Below are positions 10,612 through 19,332 of a stretch of DNA of 64,000 nt, one piece after another. The notes beneath the pieces are model-generated. The model had not been told where the DNA came from. It did not search any database and was given only the letters and a program-made list of their open reading frames with translations. The position numbers and the translations under genes were made by a program. Numbering within the stretch: position 1 is the first letter of the stretch; every line of letters begins with the position of its first letter. This stretch comes from a virus (lineage: Duplodnaviria > Caudoviricetes), in the IMG/VR virus record IMGVR_UViG_3300037851_000141, positions 160,001 to 224,000 of that record. The stretch is one strand, 5' to 3'.

Positions 10612-11196
10612 ATGGCTGATGATAAAAAAGAACCAGAATGGATGAGTTATAAAGATAAAATCCAATCTCTCCTAAAACGTGTAGAAAATGGCGAAGAAAT
10701 ATATAAAAAAGAGGAAGAAAATCCCCTACATCAAAAAATAAAAGCTGAAGGTGTTAAACCAGTCCTCGTCCAAATATTTACTGAAGGTATGATTGGCGAC
10801 TATACTATAACCGAAGAAGAAACTGAAGAATCCTTAAGAATACCCGATACTAACCTTTTTCGAGTAAAACTGTCATCCGGTGTTGAAGATCAGGCCAGCG
10901 ATTATTGGGCAGGTATATTAACAACACTTAAATCAAAATGGAAGGTTTATGATAATATTGATGGACTCGCTACCGTTCAATTTGGTACAACTGGAAGTCC
11001 ACACGAAAACCTTGCCCTGACTCTCGTTCGTGATGAAGATCGACATGATAAACTTGCTATATTGTTCCAATGGACTGATGCTGAAAAAACAACGTCAGAT
11101 GAAATAAAAGATATATTATCAAAAGTCGGTATGATTCCAGAAGATGGCTCAATAAAAGACCTTGATGATAAAGTTGTTATGGCTCCAATAAAATAA
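10612..11196 (+). CDS. hypothetical protein
   Basis: AAGGA RBS, long ORF. Confidence 0.7.
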   Translation: MADDKKEPEWMSYKDKIQSLLKRVENGEEIYKKEEENPLHQKIKAEGVKPVLVQIFTEGMIGDYTITEEETEESLRIPDTNLFRVKLSSGVEDQASDYWAGILTTLKSKWKVYDNIDGLATVQFGTTGSPHENLALTLVRDEDRHDKLAILFQWTDAEKTTSDEIKDILSKVGMIPEDGSIKDLDDKVVMAPIK

Positions 11197-11204
11197 TATA
11201 AATA
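11197..11204 (+). promoter_or_regulatory. T4-type late promoter
   Basis: TATAAATA upstream of putative virion gene. Confidence 0.6.
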
Positions 11205-11209
11205 ATAAT

Positions 11210-11659
11210 ATGTCATTTAAGTCATTTCTAAACGAACAACTTTTATTTGAGGATACGTTTGAGGAAATTAAACGTTTGGGTGAACCAAGTCAAAGAACTT
11301 TTTTAGATATAATGAAACGGTCCATAAGTGCTAAGGCTCGTAACGCATTACAAATATATATCCTCGCTCTTATTATTGGTATTCCTAAAGAAAAACTGTT
11401 AGCAACATCAACACTTAATGACTCTCCAGAAATAAAAAATATGGTAACTGCTGCTTTAACTTCTCCAGCAGGAATGGGTTATATGAAAGATTTCGCTGAA
11501 CAAGTTAGAAAAATAAATGGAATAGATGATAACCAAATTCCTGACTTCACTAATCCTGAAGTTGTAAATCTAATAAAAACATTGTCTGATAAATATGGAC
11601 AATCCCTTGATATAGAAAATATTAAAGATAAGATCAAGGAACCAAAAGCGGCCGTATAA
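11210..11659 (+). CDS. putative internal head protein
   Basis: N-terminus MSFKSFLNE resembles T4 capsid-targeting sequence; late promoter. Confidence 0.65.
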   Translation: MSFKSFLNEQLLFEDTFEEIKRLGEPSQRTFLDIMKRSISAKARNALQIYILALIIGIPKEKLLATSTLNDSPEIKNMVTAALTSPAGMGYMKDFAEQVRKINGIDDNQIPDFTNPEVVNLIKTLSDKYGQSLDIENIKDKIKEPKAAV

Positions 11660-11687
11660 AATAATGTGAAAATAATAGATGAACGAA

Positions 11688-11695
11688 TATAAATA
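11688..11695 (+). promoter_or_regulatory. T4-type late promoter
   Basis: TATAAATA followed by AGGAG RBS. Confidence 0.65.
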
Positions 11696-11723
11696 ATAAC
11701 AGGAATAACATAGGAGTATCCAA

Positions 11724-12668
11724 ATGAGCAAAAAGCAACCACAATATTTTGATGCCAACAAGAGAGAAGAACTTTTTGAGAAGAATCAAACTGTTGAACG
11801 CTCACTTAAAACAAGTTGGAAGACTATGTTAACTGAAAGTGCTAAAAAAGGTATAAAGGCTCCAACAGGCGCAGACCTTATGAAGAAACAAGGTGTAAAA
11901 AAGATGGACGAGGAAGATGTTAAGCCTGTTGATGACATTGATACTCCTCCTGTTACCGATGCTCCAGTTGACGCTCCAGTTGACGCTCCCGCTCCAGTTG
12001 ATGGCGAAGTTCCTCCCGGTGTAGACCCTGCTGGCGAACCTGCTCCCGCTCCAATTTCAACCGACACTCCAGAAATGGATCCTGCCGCTGATGCTGCTGC
12101 TCCAACTGTAGATCCTGAAGCTGTTGAAGAACTTAAGAAATTTGCCGCATCTAAACTCACATCATTGCCTGCTAATGGCGGAACTGCTGAATCCTCTGTT
12201 GATGAAACTAAAGGTGTATTCAAGCAAGAGATTCAAGATGAACAAAGTGGTAAAACTTTCGTTGTATTAGCGTTCTCTAAAGATGTATATCCTGGTTTAC
12301 ATGATATGGCCAATGCTATCGAACCAATTGACCAAGCTGTTCCAGGTGCCGAAGTAGCTCCAACTGATGTTCCTCCTGTTGATGGTGCTGCTCCCGCTCC
12401 AACTGATATGCCTGCTACTGACGCCCCAGCCGGTGATATGCCTCCTGTTGATGGTGCCGCTCCAGTTGATGCTCCAGCCCCAACGCCAACAGAAGAACCA
12501 GCACCAGTTGAAGAACCAAAAGAAGATGCTGAAATAAAAGAATCTGATAAAGAAGAATGTGAAGTAGAAGATTGTGATGAAAAGAAACTTGAAGAAGCCC
12601 GCGACCCAACCGTTGTAGGTAAAAAAGATTGGAAGTTGTTCTTCGAATCTCGCTACTCAAAGAAATGA
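11724..12668 (+). CDS. Pro/Ala/Asp-rich putative head/scaffold protein
   Basis: PVDAP/PVDGAAP repeats, LTE/LEE/IKES motifs, late promoter. Confidence 0.7.
   Translation: MSKKQPQYFDANKREELFEKNQTVERSLKTSWKTMLTESAKKGIKAPTGADLMKKQGVKKMDEEDVKPVDDIDTPPVTDAPVDAPVDAPAPVDGEVPPGVDPAGEPAPAPISTDTPEMDPAADAAAPTVDPEAVEELKKFAASKLTSLPANGGTAESSVDETKGVFKQEIQDEQSGKTFVVLAFSKDVYPGLHDMANAIEPIDQAVPGAEVAPTDVPPVDGAAPAPTDMPATDAPAGDMPPVDGAAPVDAPAPTPTEEPAPVEEPKEDAEIKESDKEECEVEDCDEKKLEEARDPTVVGKKDWKLFFESRYSKK
11957..12006 (+). repeat. short coding tandem repeat (GAYGCTCCAGTT units)
   Basis: gatgctccagttgacgctccagttgacgctcccgctccagttgatggc encoding DAPV repeats. Confidence 0.6.
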
Positions 12669-12692
12669 TTGCTCTTAAATAATAATATAAGT

Positions 12693-12722
12693 AAAGGGTT
12701 GGGCCAAAAGTCCAGCCCTTTA
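12693..12722 (+). terminator. intrinsic terminator
   Basis: AAAGGGTTGGGC-caaaa-GTCCAGCCCTTT then T-run. Confidence 0.75.
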
Positions 12723-12780
12723 TTTTTTATCTAATTTGTCAAGATAAAAAATATAAATACAATAGATTAGGAGTCTTACT

Positions 12781-13251
12781 ATGGATACCCCAGAAATTCA
12801 ACCAACCCCAGAAGCCAAAGTCGAATTAGATGAGGCAACACAAAAACGCATAGCTAAAGCTGAAGAACGTAGAACTGCTTTAGAAGATGAAATGAAACAA
12901 CTTGAAGAAGAAATCGGATATCTACAACAACTTGGCGAGAAAAAAGCTAAACTCGCTCAAGCAAGAGAACAATCCGCTCAACTTCGTGAAGAAATATCTC
13001 AATTAAAAGAAGCTAAAAAGAAACCAGAAGCCAAAGAAACCACAGAAGAAATACCAGAAGAAACTCCTGTAAATGATGAGCCAATGACTCTTAAAGGTCA
13101 TAAACCTGGAGATGCTGAAGAAGTCGAAACTGATAAAATTGAAGAAAAGAAAGCTAAACTCAATGAAGGCTTCCAACAATATCTTAAGAATCGTAAACCA
13201 TTAAACGAATCTCAAATTAAACCAATCGGCTACAGAGTATCAATGGGATGA
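12781..13251 (+). CDS. coiled-coil putative head protein
   Basis: TATAAATA at 12752-12759, AGGAG RBS, LNE motifs. Confidence 0.7.
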   Translation: MDTPEIQPTPEAKVELDEATQKRIAKAEERRTALEDEMKQLEEEIGYLQQLGEKKAKLAQAREQSAQLREEISQLKEAKKKPEAKETTEEIPEETPVNDEPMTLKGHKPGDAEEVETDKIEEKKAKLNEGFQQYLKNRKPLNESQIKPIGYRVSMG

Positions 13252-13257
13252 TTCAAT

Positions 13258-14799
13258 ATGTTTCTTAAAAAAGCTTGGCGACAAATAAAAGAATCTAAAT
13301 CTTCAAACCCAGAACTTGAATCAGCATCAATCTGGGAACAAGGTCATGGTTTTGTTAAATTATCAGATATTAATGAAACTGTAGAAAATTTGTTGAAACA
13401 AGCTAAAGATGCTATCAAACATGAACAAGATCCATCAGCATCTATTCAAGAAATCAGACATGAACAAGATCGTATATCTAAATATGTCAGACACGCTCAA
13501 GAACATGGTAAAGATACATTTCAACATCAAGAACTCCTAAGAACTATATCAGATAAAATAGCAGAAGTAACACAAAAACAATTAAATGAAAAAGAAATAA
13601 TCAAAGGTGGACTTGCTGATCATAAATCACTCCAAGATATAGCTAAAAAACATAACGTCAGCTTAGAAGAAATCACTAAAGAATATGAAATGGGACTAAA
13701 AGTAGAAAAAGAACACACCAACAGTAAAGCAAAAGCAGCAGAAATAGCTAAGGATCATCTCATGGAAAACCCAAAATACTATTCTAAACTAAAAGCAGCA
13801 AAAATAGATGAGGCTGCTCCACCACAACTTGCTTTTGGTGATGATGATGAATTTATAATCGAACCAGATAAAGTACAAGAATATGTTGATGAAGTTTCTG
13901 ACCTCCAACCAAATGAAGCAGTTGAATATTTAAGTCAAATGAAATCTAAAATTGAAAAAAACCTACCAAGACTTGAAACAAAATTAGCTCATTATAAAGG
14001 AAGTTATAATCCGGCAAATCCATCAGAAGGTGGTCAATTCTCAACTCTTATTAATACACTTATGAAAGCGGGCAAAAATCAAAAAGGAGCAACATCAAGT
14101 ATCGGTCAAGTTCACGCACCATTCCAAACTATAGATGATGCCGTTAATGCGTTTTTTATGACTGATGACGAAAGACTTGAAAAATTTATAAACTATCTTC
14201 AAGTTATATCTCAAGCTAAAATTACTGCCACAGATCCAACACTTAAATACGGTTCCAAAGAAAAAGGTGGACAAACTCTCGGATCTACTGCCCGGCGTCG
14301 TCCAATGAAAAGTCAACTTACCGGAGAGTTTGATCGTAAACCAGAAGATACTGAAGCCAAATCAAAAGGAATGAAACTTGGTCCATTCCAAAGATTCGAT
14401 ATCATGCACGGACCACTTTTCGGACCTAATATCCAAGATGAAAATGCTGGTTGGCACGCATTATCTCAAATAAACGATAAACTCAATAAAGGTGAAAATA
14501 TATCTATCGATGAGTTCAATAATGCCGCTAAATATTTCAACGGCTCTATCGGTAAATTATTAAGATTCGTTCTACTTCATGATACATCTGTTATAAATGA
14601 ACCAATAAATAAAATGATAACAAAATACCATGATCAGGTAATTACAGTAAATCAAATAAAAGAAGATATTGCTGCCATTAATAAAGCTATACAAACAGTT
14701 GCCCAAAAACCTGAAGAACAATTTACTGAATCTACCATGCGTAAAGGAAGACTCAATTGGAATCAGTTTAAAAAGGATAACTACTCAAAAAAAGCGTAA
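13258..14799 (+). CDS. putative virion protein with DUF5661-like segment
   Basis: EKEHT..AAEIAKDHLMENPKYYSKL; IKES/LNE motifs. Confidence 0.75.
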   Translation: MFLKKAWRQIKESKSSNPELESASIWEQGHGFVKLSDINETVENLLKQAKDAIKHEQDPSASIQEIRHEQDRISKYVRHAQEHGKDTFQHQELLRTISDKIAEVTQKQLNEKEIIKGGLADHKSLQDIAKKHNVSLEEITKEYEMGLKVEKEHTNSKAKAAEIAKDHLMENPKYYSKLKAAKIDEAAPPQLAFGDDDEFIIEPDKVQEYVDEVSDLQPNEAVEYLSQMKSKIEKNLPRLETKLAHYKGSYNPANPSEGGQFSTLINTLMKAGKNQKGATSSIGQVHAPFQTIDDAVNAFFMTDDERLEKFINYLQVISQAKITATDPTLKYGSKEKGGQTLGSTARRRPMKSQLTGEFDRKPEDTEAKSKGMKLGPFQRFDIMHGPLFGPNIQDENAGWHALSQINDKLNKGENISIDEFNNAAKYFNGSIGKLLRFVLLHDTSVINEPINKMITKYHDQVITVNQIKEDIAAINKAIQTVAQKPEEQFTESTMRKGRLNWNQFKKDNYSKKA

Positions 14800-14832
14800 A
14801 GCCCCTCTCTCCTAAAATAATAAAAGAGGGGC
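14787..14832 (+). other. putative -1 programmed ribosomal frameshift signal
   Basis: A_AAA_AAA heptamer (14787-14793), 7-nt spacer, 8-bp GCCCCTCT/AGAGGGGC hairpin; -1 frame open 14781-15527. Confidence 0.7.
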
Positions 14833-15527
14833 AAGAACTTATTAATGAAGATCACCCAATTATTGATTCGTTCCAAAAAATAATATCTAAATTAAAAAAA
14901 TCAAACGAATCAAAAGATAAAAATGGTATCCACAATGCCGTTGCTGGATTAGCTTTTATTGATGACGCCCTAAGAAAAAAATCACAAGGCATCACAGGCA
15001 TAACTCAAGCATTCCTCACTGATTGGCATACAGCTACAAAAATATTAGATGAATGGCTGATGTTTATGGAACCAGAATATCAAGACGTATATAAAGACCT
15101 CCTTCAGAAAAATGGCGGAAACTTAGATAATATATTCAACACCAAAATGAAAAATATAGAACAAGAAACTGAAGCAAAATTAGATAAACTTATACAAACT
15201 ATCGGCTCACATGTTTCAGAAATACTTTGGGAAATGGTTAGAGTTGAAATTGAAGATGATCCAGATATGCTTAAAACTCTATTTAAAGGTATGATGAAAT
15301 CCTTTACGTTCGAGTTCAAAGATGTTCCAGATAGAATCAATTTACATTATCTAAAATCACAATCAGATCAACAAGCCGATTCTCAAGAACTAATCTATAA
15401 TCTCGGTGTTATGCTCGGACAAAAAATGGATGAAACTGAAATAAAAAATGCCTACGATAATCTGTTTGGACAAAATGATAAAAGTAAACAGTTTATAACA
15501 AAAATGGGCTTAGTAAAAGCAAGATGA
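14793..15527 (+). CDS. frameshift extension of 13258 protein (ORF-track start 15060 is internal)
   Basis: Frame is open from 14781 with no ATG until 15060 and carries IKE/INE motifs. Confidence 0.65.
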   Translation, partial: SVKPLSPKIIKEGQELINEDHPIIDSFQKIISKLKKSNESKDKNGIHNAVAGLAFIDDALRKKSQGITGITQAFLTDWHTATKILDEWLMFMEPEYQDVYKDLLQKNGGNLDNIFNTKMKNIEQETEAKLDKLIQTIGSHVSEILWEMVRVEIEDDPDMLKTLFKGMMKSFTFEFKDVPDRINLHYLKSQSDQQADSQELIYNLGVMLGQKMDETEIKNAYDNLFGQNDKSKQFITKMGLVKAR

Positions 15528-15743
15528 AAAAAGTTCTTGCTTTTGTATAATGGCGTGATATAAATATGGACGTAACGAGAAAGGATACCCCTGTGGCCAA
15601 TCTAAGCATGGATAAGAACCTACTGTCGGATAGCCAGAATTGGAATCAACCCCAACTCTGCCATAATAGCAGTATGTCCTCATATCCACGCGCCTTTATT
15701 AAGGATATGAGTTAGCCCCAGGAGAGTCCAAGAGACACTTTCC

Positions 15744-15780
15744 AAACCCTGGGGTCAAAAACTCCAGGGTTTCTTGCTTT
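15744..15780 (+). terminator. intrinsic terminator with competing antiterminator
   Basis: AAACCCTGGGG/CTCCAGGGTTT 11 bp; CCCCAGG (15716-22) can alternatively pair with CCTGGGG (15748-54). Confidence 0.65.
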
Positions 15781-15797
15781 TACAAGTATATATCTGC

Positions 15798-15811
15798 GGC
15801 AACTGAGAGTT
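15798..15811 (+). promoter_or_regulatory. tRNA-operon leader motif GGCAACTGAGAGTT (copy 1)
   Basis: Exact 14-nt repeat also at 19007-19020, each 3-4 nt before first tRNA of a cluster. Confidence 0.6.
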
Positions 15812-15814
15812 CAT

Positions 15815-15903
15815 GGTAGGTTGGGTGAGAGGATAAACCAACGGTTTTGAAAACCGTCGAGCCTCCGAAAGAGGCTCCATCCGTTCGAATCGGATACCTA
15901 CCT
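15815..15903 (+). tRNA. tRNA-Ser(TGA)
   Basis: GGTAGGT/ACCTACC acceptor, ACGGT-TTTGAAA-ACCGT, long variable arm, TTCGAAT loop. Confidence 0.9.
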
Positions 15904-15908
15904 TATAT

Positions 15909-15998
15909 GGAAAAGTGCCAGAGAGGCTGATTGGCGCATCTTGGAAAGATGATGGTGATCCAAAAGATCACACGGGAGTTCGAATCTCCCCTTTTCCG
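15909..15998 (+). tRNA. tRNA-Ser(GGA)
   Basis: GGAAAAG/CTTTTCC, loop TTGGAAA, long variable arm, G73. Confidence 0.9.
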
Positions 15999-16004
15999 TA
16001 GTAT

Positions 16005-16090
16005 GGGGGTTTGCCAGAGTGGTCAATTGGGTCGCACTGTAAATGCGATGGCTCACGCCTTCAGTGGTTCGAATCCACTAGCTCCCACCA
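16005..16090 (+). tRNA. tRNA-Tyr(GTA)
   Basis: TCGCA-CTGTAAA-TGCGA, long variable arm, encoded CCA. Confidence 0.95.
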
Positions 16091-16094
16091 TATC

Positions 16095-16169
16095 CCCTTT
16101 GTAGCTCACAGGTAGAGCAGAGGATTGAAAATCCTCCAGTAGTCGGTTCGATTCCGACCAAGGGGACCA
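16095..16169 (+). tRNA. tRNA-Phe(GAA)
   Basis: GAGGA-TTGAAAA-TCCTC, encoded CCA. Confidence 0.95.
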
Positions 16170-16295
16170 CAGAAAAGCGGTAAGATTCTCACGAAACGGG
16201 AGAATCCATTGTTGCCCGGCGATGGGAGGGGGCCAGGGCGAAAAATTGGTTGACTTTCTTATTTTGTTCGTTATCATGATGTCAAAGGAAATTAT

Positions 16296-17102
16296 ATGGA
16301 GTCAGATAGCTTCGGTGATCGGATGAAATTGCTTGAACAGGCTGAAGCAGGAAGACAACTCATTCCGCTTCTTCCTATTATGATCCGTCTTGATGGTAAA
16401 GGATTTCATAATTGGACTAAAGGCTTGAATAGACCATATGATATTGGCCTGTCAACCCTTATGAAAGAGACAACACGTTTTCTGGTTGAAGAAACTAATG
16501 CTAAAATCGGATATACTCAATCAGATGAAATAAGTCTGATACTTTACTCCGATACATATGATTCTCAACCTTTTTTCAACGGCAAAATACAAAAACTAAA
16601 TTCTGTTATATGCTCCATGACAACCGCTTTCTTTAATCATAATGTTCAGAAATATCTACCAGAAAAAACAGGCAAGTTAGCTATTTTTGATTGTCGCATC
16701 TGGAATGTCCCTACGAAAACTGAAGCAACTAATACAATTCTTTGGAGAGAACAGGACGCATCTAAAAATTCAATCAGTATGGCAGCAAGACACTTTTTCT
16801 CACATAAACAACTCCAAAATAAAACTGGTTCAGAGATGCAAGAGATGATGTTTACTGAGAAAAATGTCAATTGGAATGATTATCCTGCTTTCTTTAAACG
16901 AGGCACTTTCATCCAACGTAAAAAGAAAATGGTAAAATTCTCTGCTGAAGAAATCAATAACCTTCCAGAAAAACACCAAGCAAGAACAAATCCAGACCTT
17001 GTAATTGAACGTACGGTTGTTGAAGAAATCAATATGCCAAAATTCTCAACAGTTAAAAATAGAAATGAAGTTGTCTTTGATGGTGCTGATCCTGTTGTCT
17101 AA
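16296..17102 (+). CDS. thg1: tRNA(His) guanylyltransferase Thg1-like protein
   Basis: IRLDGKGFH, GYTQSDEISL, FDCR, WREQDASKNSI. Confidence 0.92.
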   Translation: MESDSFGDRMKLLEQAEAGRQLIPLLPIMIRLDGKGFHNWTKGLNRPYDIGLSTLMKETTRFLVEETNAKIGYTQSDEISLILYSDTYDSQPFFNGKIQKLNSVICSMTTAFFNHNVQKYLPEKTGKLAIFDCRIWNVPTKTEATNTILWREQDASKNSISMAARHFFSHKQLQNKTGSEMQEMMFTEKNVNWNDYPAFFKRGTFIQRKKKMVKFSAEEINNLPEKHQARTNPDLVIERTVVEEINMPKFSTVKNRNEVVFDGADPVV

Positions 17103-17106
17103 CTAT

Positions 17107-17180
17107 ACCCTGGCAGATGGTGGGTACATCGGTCAGCCTCCAAAACTGACGCTTAAAAGGTTCGATTCCTTTCCAGGGTG
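17107..17180 (+). tRNA. tRNA-Trp(CCA), atypical 9-nt anticodon loop
   Basis: ACCCTGG/CCAGGGT, GTCAG-CCTCCAAAA-CTGAC, G73. Confidence 0.75.
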
Positions 17181-17190
17181 CTTTTCATAC

Positions 17191-17281
17191 GGAATGGTGA
17201 GTGAGAAGGATTAAACTAGCTGTTTACTAAACAGCCGAGCCTCCCAAAGAGGCTCCGTGGGTTCGAATCCCACCCATTCCA
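17191..17281 (+). tRNA. tRNA-Ser(ACT)
   Basis: GCTGT-TTACTAA-ACAGC; variable arm nearly identical to tRNA-Ser(TGA). Confidence 0.85.
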
Positions 17282-17294
17282 TATAAATAATCTC

Positions 17295-17322
17295 TTGACT
17301 TAGTAAATTATGTTATTATAAT
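17295..17322 (+). promoter_or_regulatory. sigma70-type promoter
   Basis: TTGACT-N16-TATAAT. Confidence 0.7.
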
Positions 17323-17330
17323 GTGGTCCT

Positions 17331-18230
17331 ATGATTAAACTTCATATTAGACCCAGCCAAACAGTAGAAACCCTTCAACAAGCCAACCATTATGTGATGG
17401 CATTGGATGGTTATGTACCTAGCGCACCATATCATTTAGCTGATTGTAAACTAATTAATTTCAATCATCATGAAAATGTGGATCGACTGTCTACAAGAGC
17501 TACATGTTCACAAGTTCTTATTTCTATTCGTCAAGGAATGATGGATCTATTTAGAATTAATGGAGAGATAACCCTTGATGTGTATGTAAACGATTGTGAT
17601 CAAGATGTTTGTCTTTCTTGGTTCCTTCTTAAGAATCATCATCTTGTTGAAAATTCTATGAATCCTCTTATCAATAGATTAGTTCATATTGAAGATATGA
17701 TGGATACTTGCGGTGGTACATATCCATTTCATCGTGATACTCCAGTCTTAAAAGAAATAGCTTGGATCTTTCAACCATATACTTTGTTTAGACTCACAGG
17801 CGGAATTGAACGTAAAAATGTAAATGAATATCAAAATGTAATTGATAATGTATGTCAACGAATCATGTTACATATTACCGGAAACTCACATTCTATTGAT
17901 CTTGATATAAACTATAATGTTGATTACAGATCAGCAACATGGTCATTAGTTGAAGAAAAAGGTCGTGATGATCGTATGGCATATTGGGATGATGGGATTA
18001 AAGCTTTTATAGCATACCGCAAAAGAGTTGATGGAAATTATACGTATACTGTCGGAAAAATGAGTCCATTCATTGATTTTAATATCAGTGGAATTCTATC
18101 AAAGCTTAATCAGTTAGAAGAAGGTTGGGGTGGCTCAAATACTATTGGGGGCAGTCCTAGAACTGTTGGAAGTAAAATTAATCCACAAGAAATAATTGTG
18201 ATAGTTAATAATATACTTTCGCATAAATAA
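17331..18230 (+). CDS. hypothetical protein, possibly DHH-like phosphoesterase
   Basis: NDCDQD, NHHE and C-terminal GWGG/GGS motifs. Confidence 0.6.
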   Translation: MIKLHIRPSQTVETLQQANHYVMALDGYVPSAPYHLADCKLINFNHHENVDRLSTRATCSQVLISIRQGMMDLFRINGEITLDVYVNDCDQDVCLSWFLLKNHHLVENSMNPLINRLVHIEDMMDTCGGTYPFHRDTPVLKEIAWIFQPYTLFRLTGGIERKNVNEYQNVIDNVCQRIMLHITGNSHSIDLDINYNVDYRSATWSLVEEKGRDDRMAYWDDGIKAFIAYRKRVDGNYTYTVGKMSPFIDFNISGILSKLNQLEEGWGGSNTIGGSPRTVGSKINPQEIIVIVNNILSHK

Positions 18231-18245
18231 TAACAAGGAAACCAA

Positions 18246-18695
18246 ATGACTGACCTAAAATCTGCCTATAAAGAAATGTCTAAACCACCAAGAATGATCC
18301 AAGTCGTACTATCAGATGAATCAAGAAATAAACTACTTAATTACCTAAACCCATTAAAATACTCCAATAAATCAGCTAAACCAGATCAATACTGCCACCA
18401 TATCACACTCGCCGTCAACCCCAATCAAAAACAACTCATATTCCTTAACTCACAAATACAAGAAAATCAAGAACTGAATATAACTTGCTTTCAACGGGCT
18501 TGGAGCGATTCTCTACAAATTGAGGCTGTCCTTGTAGAAATACCTTATCTGGAAGTACCCTGGCAAACTCTTCATATCACAACCTCAATGGAACACGATA
18601 AACCCGCCCTAAGCAACCAAATGATTAAATCAACAGATAAACAAACACAACAAATAAACTTGGAACTAAAAGGAACCGTAAAATACTATAAATAA
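18246..18695 (+). CDS. 2H phosphoesterase (tRNA-ligase cyclic phosphodiesterase-like)
   Basis: Two HxT motifs: HHITL and HITT. Confidence 0.7.
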   Translation: MTDLKSAYKEMSKPPRMIQVVLSDESRNKLLNYLNPLKYSNKSAKPDQYCHHITLAVNPNQKQLIFLNSQIQENQELNITCFQRAWSDSLQIEAVLVEIPYLEVPWQTLHITTSMEHDKPALSNQMIKSTDKQTQQINLELKGTVKYYK

Positions 18696-18709
18696 TAACG
18701 AGGTCAATT

Positions 18710-18946
18710 ATGAAACAAACTCTAAAAGAACAACTCGAAAATGCCTGGAATCAAGTTCAACAAACTAATGATCCAAGCCCTAAATACCTCGTCGGTGATA
18801 TCAAAGCAGGATTAAAAGCAGTTATAGAATTAATCCAAGAAGGTATAGATCAAAAACAATTGGCTAAAGTCGAAGGTACTATGAATAAATTGATCGAAAT
18901 AAGTAATAAACTGGATCAACTTGAAAAGAAAATAGGACTTGACTAA
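18710..18946 (+). CDS. hypothetical protein
   Basis: TATAAATA at 18687-18694, GAGG RBS. Confidence 0.65.
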   Translation: MKQTLKEQLENAWNQVQQTNDPSPKYLVGDIKAGLKAVIELIQEGIDQKQLAKVEGTMNKLIEISNKLDQLEKKIGLD

Positions 18947-18966
18947 TTTCAGAACTGTGGTAGAAT
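18939..18966 (+). promoter_or_regulatory. sigma70-type promoter of tRNA cluster
   Basis: TTGACT-N16-TAGAAT followed by AAGAGCGT/ACGCTCTT hairpin. Confidence 0.65.
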
Positions 18967-19006
18967 AAGAGCGTTGAAAACAATATCTTTGACGCTCTTA
19001 TATCTT

Positions 19007-19020
19007 GGCAACTGAGAGTT
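19007..19020 (+). promoter_or_regulatory. tRNA-operon leader motif GGCAACTGAGAGTT (copy 2)
   Basis: Identical to 15798-15811. Confidence 0.6.
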
Positions 19021-19024
19021 TTAT

Positions 19025-19095
19025 CAGGCCGTGGGATAGCGGTAGTCTACTAGTCTTGGGCACTAGGGGTGAGGGTTCAACTCCCTCCGGTCTGA
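19025..19095 (+). tRNA. tRNA-Pro(TGG)
   Basis: CAGGCCG/CGGTCTG, CTAGT-CTTGGGC-ACTAG. Confidence 0.88.
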
Positions 19096-19100
19096 TATTT

Positions 19101-19172
19101 GTTGCGGTGACTGAATGGCTAGGTGGCGGTTTGCAAAACCGTTCTATGTGGGTCCGAATCCCACCCGTAACT
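19101..19172 (+). tRNA. tRNA-Cys(GCA)
   Basis: GTTGCGG/CCGTAAC, loop TTGCAAA, U73. Confidence 0.88.
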
Positions 19173-19175
19173 TAT

Positions 19176-19322
19176 TAATATGTTGATAGTTGACTTAAGC
19201 AATGACAAGAGAAATTGCCGTGGAAACCTCAGACTATAGCTAAGTTAGAGGGAATAACATGCGACTGCGAGCCGGAACTCCAGAGTGGGAGAATGCCCCA
19301 ACCTTTTTTCTTCAACATATTA
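19176..19322 (+). ncRNA. unassigned 147-nt closed-stem RNA, copy A
   Basis: TAATATGTTGA/TCAACATATTA terminal stem; internal hairpins GCAAT/ATTGC, CCTC/GAGG, CTCC/GGAG. Confidence 0.55.
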
Positions 19323-19332
19323 TTTCTTTTCT

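Noticed and set aside
11786-12223. Antisense or alternate-frame shadow ORFs (e.g. 11786-12223, 32806-33225, 44715-45035, 55340-55888, 62146-62493)
   Set aside because: They lie opposite well-supported genes, lack RBS or motifs, and reflect codon bias.
14801-14832. Intrinsic terminator after the 13258 gene
   Set aside because: Hairpin is followed by AAGAAC rather than a U-run and lies within an open -1 frame; better explained as a frameshift stimulator.
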